From an uncultured bacterium (lineage in GTDB: Bacteria; Patescibacteriota; Minisyncoccia; Phycocordibacterales; PALSA-1337), in the NCBI GenBank assembly GCA_903839725.1, contig CAIMDG010000001.1, positions 3,558 through 67,557 on the forward strand: a stretch of 64,000 nt of DNA. Direction: 5' to 3'. The notes beneath the pieces are model-generated. The model did not search any database and was not told the DNA's origin. It saw nothing but the letters and a program-made list of their open reading frames with translations. The translations under genes were made by a program, and so were the position numbers. Below, piece after piece: positions 56,537 to 64,000 of this stretch (positions within the stretch are counted from its first letter, which is position 1; the number at the start of each line of letters is the position of its first letter).

Positions 56537-58012
56537 TTACTTGGTGCCGATCTTGGCCGGTTTGGCCTCAATCATCTTGGGCAGGAATTCATGGTGAACT
56601 GCCGCTCTGCAGGCGCCAAGAAATCCTTCGTGGCCGAAGTAAGCTTTGTCGTTCTCGTCGAGTTCGACAGGACTTCCCGGAAGACACTCAATCGAGAGCT
56701 GTGCCGCCAAGTTGTCTTTTTCGGTGGCACCTTCGAAGGCAACGCCAATCACAGGGATTTCGGGATGATCGAGCAAACAGAGTTCACTTTTCACGATTCC
56801 CGGCAAGGCTGCAGCCATTCCTGCACCAGCGATGACGATGTCAGCTTTGGTGAGGACGTCTTTGACAAACTTGCGGAGTTCGGTCGGATTCCGGTGGCAG
56901 CTGATGACACTGATATTTGCTGACGAGACACCGCCCAATAAGACCATTCCTTCGTGGACTTGTGGCAGATCGCTTTCGCTACCGACCACAATTTCGATTC
57001 GGCGTTTCGGAGCTTCGACATTGATGCCCAGTTTCTGACTTTGATATCTTTCGATCTGCATGTCGGTCAAACGCCAGGAAATATAGCGATAGATCCGGGT
57101 AGTCATGTCGATGACTGATGGCCAGACTTCGAGACCGTCCACAAATGCAAGGTCAGTCGGATTTTCTGGATCAAGTCCGTCGGTTACTCCGACACTTTTG
57201 CCCCATTCACGCACATGTTGCTTGTCGAATGAAGGAGGAAGTTTGCCTTTGGCTTGAGCCTTTGCCCAAGCTTTGGCATCCCAAAACCGGCTGGAGTCAG
57301 GTGTGCCTTTTTCGTCGGCGAGGATGATCTCACCACTACGAAACGTGTCCACGCTGAACTCGAACTTCGAGTCAGCCAAGATGATGCCGCATTTCGCTGC
57401 GTGCGCAGAGATTGCACCGGCAACTTGTAAGGACAACCGTTCACGTCTGGCACCGTCGCGTTTGGCCACGGTATCAGCTGGAATGCTTTTGTCATGCCCA
57501 ACAACAGCTTTTGTTGTTGGTGTGTAGAGAGGGTATGGAAGTTTGTTTCCATCAAACAACCCTTTCGGCAATGGATATTCGAAAGCCATGCCGTTTTCCT
57601 TGTAACTTTTCCAACCATTGCCGGTCAGATAGAGACGGACGATGTCTTCGATGTCAGGGGACGGAACGATACGAACCACGGCTGCCCGTTTTTGAAGTTC
57701 CGGATTATTCCACAGTGCCTCCGGCAAAAATTCATCGATGCGGGAGCCGGCGGCGATGAAGTCAGTTTGACAGATGCCGGGCAAAACTTGATTGGTCCAG
57801 AAATGATTCAACGCGGTCAGGATTTGACCCTTGAGAGGAATCAACGTTGGCAGGACGAAATCAAAGATGCTGCAGCGGTCAGAGGCGACGACGAGCATCT
57901 TGTCTTGATGTCCAGGCAATCCATATGAATCACGGACTTTGCCGCGATGGATAAGATTGAGGCCGGGAATGAGGGGTTGTTTCTCGATTACTGACGCAGG
58001 GATGTGAGGCAT
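56537..58012 (-). CDS. purC: Fused SAICAR synthetase (N-terminal) and PurE/AIR carboxylase domain (C-terminal)
   Basis: HRGKVRD, SDRCSIFD, ADSKFEF and TPDSSRFW, then GSESDL, SCHRNP, AGAGMAAALPG and PVIGV. Confidence 0.9.
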   Translation of the reverse strand: MPHIPASVIEKQPLIPGLNLIHRGKVRDSYGLPGHQDKMLVVASDRCSIFDFVLPTLIPLKGQILTALNHFWTNQVLPGICQTDFIAAGSRIDEFLPEALWNNPELQKRAAVVRIVPSPDIEDIVRLYLTGNGWKSYKENGMAFEYPLPKGLFDGNKLPYPLYTPTTKAVVGHDKSIPADTVAKRDGARRERLSLQVAGAISAHAAKCGIILADSKFEFSVDTFRSGEIILADEKGTPDSSRFWDAKAWAKAQAKGKLPPSFDKQHVREWGKSVGVTDGLDPENPTDLAFVDGLEVWPSVIDMTTRIYRYISWRLTDMQIERYQSQKLGINVEAPKRRIEIVVGSESDLPQVHEGMVLLGGVSSANISVISCHRNPTELRKFVKDVLTKADIVIAGAGMAAALPGIVKSELCLLDHPEIPVIGVAFEGATEKDNLAAQLSIECLPGSPVELDENDKAYFGHEGFLGACRAAVHHEFLPKMIEAKPAKIGTK

Positions 58013-58155
58013 ATGTTTCGGTATTTCATTGTTGGGTGCTTGCATATCTCGCCATGAGGTATGCACTAGTTTCAATACTACATGTATGTATAAAAAAGGC
58101 AAAGATATAAAAACCCCATCGCTCGCGAGCGATGGGGTGGTATGTGGTCGGTTGG

Positions 58156-59754
58156 TCAATTGACTGACCTCATGATTTCTTTGAGCTTCTGACGACCATG
58201 CTCAGGTATCTGCAGGTCATTCATGTCGAAGAAATACAAGCGCACCATTTGTGGAAATGTCATGATGCTTTCAATTTCCTCAGCATCCTTCGGACGTGCT
58301 TCTGCAAAGGTGCATGTCCTGTTGTTCTTACGAACGAGGAATTTGTGAACACCATTGCCAGTAACTGACTTGAAGGCGTCAATGATGACGACCATTGATG
58401 GGTCAGCATCGAATTCTCGGGCTCGCCTGGTTGCCGAAGCAACGTCAGGATATTCTTCAATCCGTGAATTTTCAAGATTGTGGAATCGTCCCATCATCGA
58501 ATAGGTGCCGAGCACCTCATCAATTTTGCGTTCGATCCAGTAATCCTGTTGTTCGAGGAGTTCCTTGAGAGTAACGAACTTATTCTCGTAAAGGTATTTC
58601 ACAACACCTTTACCGATCAGATATTCAAAGAATCGGCTATACGGGTTGTAATACAAGCCACGGAACATCAAGGCGCGAAGTTTGAGAAACTGAGAAACTC
58701 GGTCGATGTTTCCAAAGACCAGAGAACCTTTGCATAGTCTCGCGCTTTCCCAGAGAGCACATACATATGGATCATTGCTGACGATGTCGGCAACGGTGTA
58801 GAGGTTTGTGTTACGGGCATCTTTCTTCGCTCCCGTTCTCATGAGGTAAGCGTTCACATCGCGGGCTAAGTATGAACTTTTGTCCGCAACGTCGAGAATG
58901 CGTCCAAGCAAGCCCTCTCCGAGAATCGTTTTGACCAAGATGTCTCGATCAATGTTGAAACGCTGACGGTATTCTTCCCATACATCACCGACGAGTAGTT
59001 CTGGAAAGTGTGCGTCTTCGTCGAACATGGCAGGATCGATAAGTTTGACGGAATCACCACCAGCTGGGGTGAGTGCGTCGTGACTGATTCCTGCCGTGTT
59101 CACAATATTCGATGACTGTTCATCCAGCTTGATGTTTGTAGCAATAATATTTGCTACGGCGTGAACATCGAGCACGTGACAATAGCGGGTATGCTCGAAC
59201 ATGAGAGCGCCAACCGAACGGTCGTGCTCCTTGAGAACCGGATCATGCAAGAAGCTCAATTGCTTGATTCCCGAAAGACGATGAAGGTTGAAAACCTGTA
59301 TCGCATCGGACGCCATACCTGTATCAGGTAGAACATAGCCAAAACCCATGAAAGGGAATTTGGGCACTATCGCAAGCGGATCAGTTCCTTCAGTTATTGC
59401 ATAACTGTATCGGAGATATCTGCGAGCAAATGGTGGTAAAGCGTTCATCCAATACGGTTCATATTTTGTATCCAGTAAGTGGAATGGATCTTCGCGCGGA
59501 ATGAAGTGTGAACCAGAGTGGTTCATGGTGAGGTGTAGCATCTCAAGATTGAGTAAGCCAGACCTCCAATCACCCGAATTAAGAGTAGGAATTGTCTTTG
59601 ATTGCGCCAGCTTTTTGAACCAACGCTGTTTGGGCAACCACTTGGCCAATTTGCCAAGATCTTGCGGTCTCAAATTTTTGTTTGAGAGATACGCCACGTT
59701 TCCAACAATGGAAACACCAGCACCGTCATACATAGATTGTATGGAATGTCTCAT
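58156..59754 (-). CDS. HD-domain phosphohydrolase (dNTP triphosphohydrolase-like)
   Basis: RLSGIKQL, EHTRYCH, ISHD, ADKSSYLARD and R..MF..LY motifs. Confidence 0.8.
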   Translation of the reverse strand: MRHSIQSMYDGAGVSIVGNVAYLSNKNLRPQDLGKLAKWLPKQRWFKKLAQSKTIPTLNSGDWRSGLLNLEMLHLTMNHSGSHFIPREDPFHLLDTKYEPYWMNALPPFARRYLRYSYAITEGTDPLAIVPKFPFMGFGYVLPDTGMASDAIQVFNLHRLSGIKQLSFLHDPVLKEHDRSVGALMFEHTRYCHVLDVHAVANIIATNIKLDEQSSNIVNTAGISHDALTPAGGDSVKLIDPAMFDEDAHFPELLVGDVWEEYRQRFNIDRDILVKTILGEGLLGRILDVADKSSYLARDVNAYLMRTGAKKDARNTNLYTVADIVSNDPYVCALWESARLCKGSLVFGNIDRVSQFLKLRALMFRGLYYNPYSRFFEYLIGKGVVKYLYENKFVTLKELLEQQDYWIERKIDEVLGTYSMMGRFHNLENSRIEEYPDVASATRRAREFDADPSMVVIIDAFKSVTGNGVHKFLVRKNNRTCTFAEARPKDAEEIESIMTFPQMVRLYFFDMNDLQIPEHGRQKLKEIMRSVN

Positions 59755-59906
59755 AATTTTATTTCAACTGTTTGTTTTCTATTTTGAAATTACATCAAAT
59801 ATCGCATATTGTCAAATTATTTTTTGATGTCAATGGTGTAAAAATTTAATATAAAATCGCTCAGAACTTTCGTTACTGGGCGACTGAATCGAATACGACT
59901 TTGAGA

Positions 59907-60650
59907 TTAGGCTTTGAGGCCGAGGACGTCTTGCATGGAATACAGGCCAGGTTCACGGTTGATGACCCACTGCGCAGCGCGTAATGCGCCGGTCGCAAAT
60001 GTGTCACGGCTAGTAGCCTTGTGTGCGAGTTCCACACGTTCGCCGGTATTGGCGAAGATGACTGTATGATCACCGACAACATCACCACCGCGAATGGCAT
60101 GAATGCCAATCTCATTGTGCGTGCGTTCGCCGGTGATACCCTGGCGACCGTGCCGGAGAGCATCCTTGAGTTGCAAATTGCGGACATTACCCAGAATTTC
60201 AAGCAGGGTAGTCGCTGTGCCACTTGGCGCATCTTTCTTGAGACGATGATGCATTTCGATGACTTCGAGATCGAAGTCCGGACCGAGAATTTCCGCGGCT
60301 TTGCGAGTGAGCCAGAAGAGAGTGTTCACACCAGTCGAGAAGTTTGTGGCTTTCACCATCGGAATCTTCTTCGTCTGGTCGATGATGAGCTTGTTTTCTT
60401 CCGCCGTATGGCCGGTGGTGCCGGTTACCAGAGGTTTGTTATTTTCGGCACACAGTTCCGCGATTCGCGGCGTGATGAGATGAGAGCTGAAATCAATCAC
60501 CAGATCGCAATCTCTGATAAAACCAGCATTTGCGAAATCGCTAGTTGCGTCATCAATACGCCAGGCAATCTCCATTTCAGGCGTTTTTGCCGCACATGCA
60601 CTGATCGCTTGTCCCATACGACCACTTGCCCCGACGAGTGTTATTTTCAT
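59907..60650 (-). CDS. dapB: 4-hydroxy-tetrahydrodipicolinate reductase
   Basis: GASGRMG, IDFS, GTTG, EMHHRLKKDAPSGTA and RGGDVVGDH motifs. Confidence 0.97.
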   Translation of the reverse strand: MKITLVGASGRMGQAISACAAKTPEMEIAWRIDDATSDFANAGFIRDCDLVIDFSSHLITPRIAELCAENNKPLVTGTTGHTAEENKLIIDQTKKIPMVKATNFSTGVNTLFWLTRKAAEILGPDFDLEVIEMHHRLKKDAPSGTATTLLEILGNVRNLQLKDALRHGRQGITGERTHNEIGIHAIRGGDVVGDHTVIFANTGERVELAHKATSRDTFATGALRAAQWVINREPGLYSMQDVLGLKA

Positions 60651-60818
60651 ACGTTTATTCTCCGAGTTAATGAGCTTATCACTGGTATGTGCTCAGTGTG
60701 TCGAGCTTTTGTTGTGGATGCAGTGACACATCCTATGTTTGAAATCTAGTCTTTTTCAGGGAAAAGTCAATGAAAAACCGCCAACAAACTGACGGTTAGT
60801 CATTTGGCTGGCGGTTGG

Positions 60819-61184
60819 TTATATCCGATGTATCCGCATTCTTTTGCCAACGTGTTTGATCACGTCAGCAAGGAAGCGTTCGTAGGAACGACGGATATTT
60901 GGCCCATAGCTGCGAGGTTTTTTTAAATCCAGTGCATGGTGTAATTCGCGCAGAGCTTCCATTGCACGATATTTCCAGGCGTTCGGGAAATATAAACTAT
61001 TCCTCAGGGCCTCCCGACGTTTGCTGATGATTTCGAGATGTGTGCCGTCAACTCCAGGGACATCCCATTTTTCTTTGCCGTCGAGAAAGTTGTGTAGGCG
61101 ATAGGGGTTTTTCTTTCGTGTGCTACTCCATCCATAAAGGAGTGCAACGACCTCTTCGGTGGTGAATGTGGCTTCTTTTTTCAT
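60819..61184 (-). CDS. Hypothetical basic protein
   Basis: 121-aa ORF with a downstream hairpin. Confidence 0.6.
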   Translation of the reverse strand: MKKEATFTTEEVVALLYGWSSTRKKNPYRLHNFLDGKEKWDVPGVDGTHLEIISKRREALRNSLYFPNAWKYRAMEALRELHHALDLKKPRSYGPNIRRSYERFLADVIKHVGKRMRIHRI

Positions 61185-61358
61185 AAGTAGTATGTCAAAT
61201 AACTATTGTTATATATATATCATATATTATTGTATATGTCAAATACAATGAAGCTTATAATGTATATGTTGCAAGACTCCCAATACTTTCAAACACTCTT
61301 GAAAAAACAATAATACGTATGAGATAATATAATCATTATTATATAAACAATACGTATT

Positions 61359-61799
61359 ATGACTGAGTCGTTTGATGCATTAGATATGAATAGAAAGTCA
61401 TCGCGCGAAATAGCGGATGAATTTGTACCCGTGGAGGAGATTCCGGATACTGGACAATTAACTCCTCTTGAAGCATTGATTGCAAAAGAATCTCAAGAAC
61501 TAGAGGTAGAGCAAAATGAATCCGAAGAAGGTGTTGATCCTCATGATCTTACGAGAGCTCCTTCATACGTACTTAAGGATACCGATAGCATGGAACAATT
61601 TGCAGATGTGCCCGGAAGTGAAGTTCCTGACAGAACAGCAGAGATTGCAGAAGGAATTGATGGTATTTTGCTAAAAGGTAAAAAGACAGTTGTTGATAGG
61701 ATAAATCAAAGTCATGGTGTAAGAGGGAAAGTTCCTCCAAGCAAAAATCGTATGAGTCAAAAATTGAACAGTGTCGAAGGAAAACCTGGAAACAATTAA
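61359..61799 (+). CDS. Hypothetical protein
   Basis: 146-aa ORF followed by a terminator at 61806-61847. Confidence 0.7.
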   Translation: MTESFDALDMNRKSSREIADEFVPVEEIPDTGQLTPLEALIAKESQELEVEQNESEEGVDPHDLTRAPSYVLKDTDSMEQFADVPGSEVPDRTAEIAEGIDGILLKGKKTVVDRINQSHGVRGKVPPSKNRMSQKLNSVEGKPGNN

Positions 61800-61926
61800 T
61801 ATACAAACAAAAATCGCTCAACACATTGCTGTTGAGCGATTTTTGTTGGGTAACATGATATTGATTTGCATGTACCCATGCACAAGGTATAGTTGAGAAG
61901 TCAGAGGACCTTGAAAATTAAAATCT

Positions 61927-63285
61927 ATGAACAATTATCCCAAACATTATTGTGGCATTTTCGGCATCAAAGGACAGCCGAAGGCGGCAGAATCGGTGTA
62001 TCGTGGGTTATTTGCTCTTCAACATCGCGGTGAAGAGAGTTGCGGTATTGTGAGTTGTGAACCTAGTGCTGAGAAGGTTTCTTTTTACGAGCACAAAGGC
62101 GTAGGACTCGTGTCGCAGGTTATTAGCGAAAGCGTTTTACGTATTCTGAAGGGTTCTATGGCCATCGGTCACAATCGTTACTCGACAACCGGGGGCACGG
62201 GGTTACAAAATGCTCAGCCTCTATCTATTCTCTACAAGAACGGGCGAATCGCTCTGGCTCATAATGGAAATCTTACCAATACGAATGCTTTGCGAACTCA
62301 GTTGGAGCAAAGCGGGGCAGTATTTTTGACAACGACAGACAGTGAAGTCATGTTGCACCTCATTGCCCGTTCGAATGGTTCAATCGAAGAAGCTATTCTC
62401 GACATGATGGATCAAGTCGAAGGGGCGTATTCGTTGGTTATCATGACCGAGGACAAATTGATCTGTGTGCGTGATCCACACGGGTTTCGACCTTTGTCAG
62501 TCGGCATCTTGAATGGTGCACAGATTGTGTCGAGCGAAACGTGTGCATTCGATATTCTCGGAGCACATTTTGTGAGGGATGTTGAACCTGGCGAAATCAT
62601 CGTTTTCAAAGACGGTGAAATTCAAACTCTTAAATCTCGCAAGAAAGCACCTAAAAGTTTGTGTTCATTTTGCGGAATTTACTTTGCGAAACCAGACAGC
62701 TATCTCGAAGGAAGAGACGTATATAGCCTTCGAATTGCCATGGGCAAGAAATTGGCCGAAGAACATCCTTCTATTCAAGCTGATATGGTAATCCCTATGC
62801 CTGATGGCGGTATTTGTGCCGCACTCGGGTATTCGAGAGCAACCGGTTTTCTTTACGAACCGATCCTCATTCGGAATCACTACATTGGGAGAAGTTTCAT
62901 TAAGCCCAGTCAACTCGAAAGACAGATTGCGGCAAACTTCAAACTTAATCTGATTGCAGGATTGGTCAAAGGGAAGCGAGTGGTTATCATCGATGACTCA
63001 ATCGTTCGTGGAGTTACCAGTCAAGCGCGGGTTAAAAAATTCAAAGAAGCCGGCGCGAGTTGGGTGGGTATGCTCATCAGTTGTCCTCCTCATAAACATC
63101 GGTGCCCTTATGGAATCGATTTTCCCGATCGGGAGGATCTCATTGCCAATCAACTGGACCTTGAAGGAATCAGGAAGACTCTCGGTCTTGATTATCTCGG
63201 GTATCTTTCAGAAGCCGGACTCATCGAAGTTCTGGGCGATGGTCACTGCTTGGCTTGCTTCAATGGCAAATACCCGGCAGGTTAA
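61927..63285 (+). CDS. purF: Amidophosphoribosyltransferase (Fe-S type with propeptide)
   Basis: CGIFG, LQHRG, GHNRYST, HNGNL, DDSIVRG and C.AC motifs. Confidence 0.96.
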   Translation: MNNYPKHYCGIFGIKGQPKAAESVYRGLFALQHRGEESCGIVSCEPSAEKVSFYEHKGVGLVSQVISESVLRILKGSMAIGHNRYSTTGGTGLQNAQPLSILYKNGRIALAHNGNLTNTNALRTQLEQSGAVFLTTTDSEVMLHLIARSNGSIEEAILDMMDQVEGAYSLVIMTEDKLICVRDPHGFRPLSVGILNGAQIVSSETCAFDILGAHFVRDVEPGEIIVFKDGEIQTLKSRKKAPKSLCSFCGIYFAKPDSYLEGRDVYSLRIAMGKKLAEEHPSIQADMVIPMPDGGICAALGYSRATGFLYEPILIRNHYIGRSFIKPSQLERQIAANFKLNLIAGLVKGKRVVIIDDSIVRGVTSQARVKKFKEAGASWVGMLISCPPHKHRCPYGIDFPDREDLIANQLDLEGIRKTLGLDYLGYLSEAGLIEVLGDGHCLACFNGKYPAG

Positions 63286-63416
63286 AAGTCGTCGCACATC
63301 TATCGTCAGTCAGTCTCTTGGCCGCCACTCAGTAGTGGTGGCCATTTTATTTGGTGTACAAAAAGAGGCAACGAAATGTTCGTTGCCTTGTAATGAGTTC
63401 AAATTAGCTGCTTCGA

Positions 63417-63869
63417 CTATTTTTGCGGTTCATTGATTCCCATAAGGATCATAGACGGACCATCAATCGGAACATTGAGTCGAACAATGTTCCAATCTTC
63501 GCAAAGCGCGTAATAACCTGTGTGATCCGAGTCCGAAATGTGAGGAAAGCGAATCAAAATTTCAACACCGAGAATCGCTTGCATTGCCCGGATGTGCGAT
63601 CTTTTAAGGTCGATCCGTTGGGTAACTTTTTTCCGGGCTTCAGGGCTATCTTGCTTTTCGACAAGCAGTTGTAGGCGCCCCGTTTCTTCAATTGTTGTCT
63701 TCAGAAGGTTGAACATGCGGATGACTGTGATGTCAGCCACACCAATGATTACTGAACCAGGCGGCGGCGGACATAGCGGATGTGTCCATTCATTTTTGTC
63801 ACTAATGAGCGCCAACTGAAAGTCGTTCATGAAACTACTTGGAGGAGCAGATGATGGTTTCGTGTCCAT
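63417..63869 (-). CDS. Hypothetical protein
   Basis: ~150-aa ORF. Confidence 0.55.
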   Translation of the reverse strand: MDTKPSSAPPSSFMNDFQLALISDKNEWTHPLCPPPPGSVIIGVADITVIRMFNLLKTTIEETGRLQLLVEKQDSPEARKKVTQRIDLKRSHIRAMQAILGVEILIRFPHISDSDHTGYYALCEDWNIVRLNVPIDGPSMILMGINEPQK

Positions 63870-64000
63870 AGGCTTCAACTATTTTTGGTTTTTGGATAGA
63901 GGTTACTGTTTGGGCCTCTGTTGGCCGTTTCTCAGAAGACACATGATATCCTCAGAGAAACGGCTAACTACCAAAGCTATTTCAAATAACGAATATAGAT

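Noticed and set aside
55676-60749. Long antisense ORFs (55676-56389, 60021-60749, also 54392-55012)
   Set aside because: They are shadows of purM, dapB and purN in GC-rich DNA.
54254-61926. Purine, ZTP or PRPP riboswitches upstream of pur genes
   Set aside because: I could not recognise the consensus cores by eye and saw only simple hairpins. An Rfam scan would be decisive.
44262-63878. A single genomic island or prophage covering the GC-rich region
   Set aside because: There is no integrase, att repeat or phage gene, and GC-rich genes alternate with AT-rich host-like genes.

Overview
This window looks like a Patescibacteria/CPR (Parcubacteria-like) chromosome. The evidence is the streamlined PheS/PheT, apparently leaderless genes, peptidoglycan-binding surface proteins, pilin-like genes and an orphan MazF; the taxonomy is inferred. 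It carries core genes (pheST, gyrB, tsaD, trxB, ftsAZ, ybeY, rpsU, lepB, uppP, rnr), three tRNAs, a ComGA/PilB-type pilus cluster, a GH130-PMM-PMI mannoside-scavenging cluster, and a visibly GC-richer right third with de novo purine genes (purL, purN, purM, a purC-purE fusion, purF) and dapB. The most striking signal is a three-copy family of ~126-130 bp elements, each with 44-46 bp inverted arms around a conserved 38-nt core containing TTGTAA-N18-TAATGT. They lie in front of two pilus loci and a glycosyltransferase. Two copies share the same flanks but carry the core in opposite orientations, as expected for an invertible-promoter (phase-variation) switch; no recombinase is in the window. Other notable features are an orphan MazF-like gene followed by a convergent, promoter-driven structured small RNA, and several other palindromic element families. 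These include two in-frame insertions in coding genes, an inverted-repeat-flanked GxxExxY pseudogene and an element derived from a tRNA 3' end.
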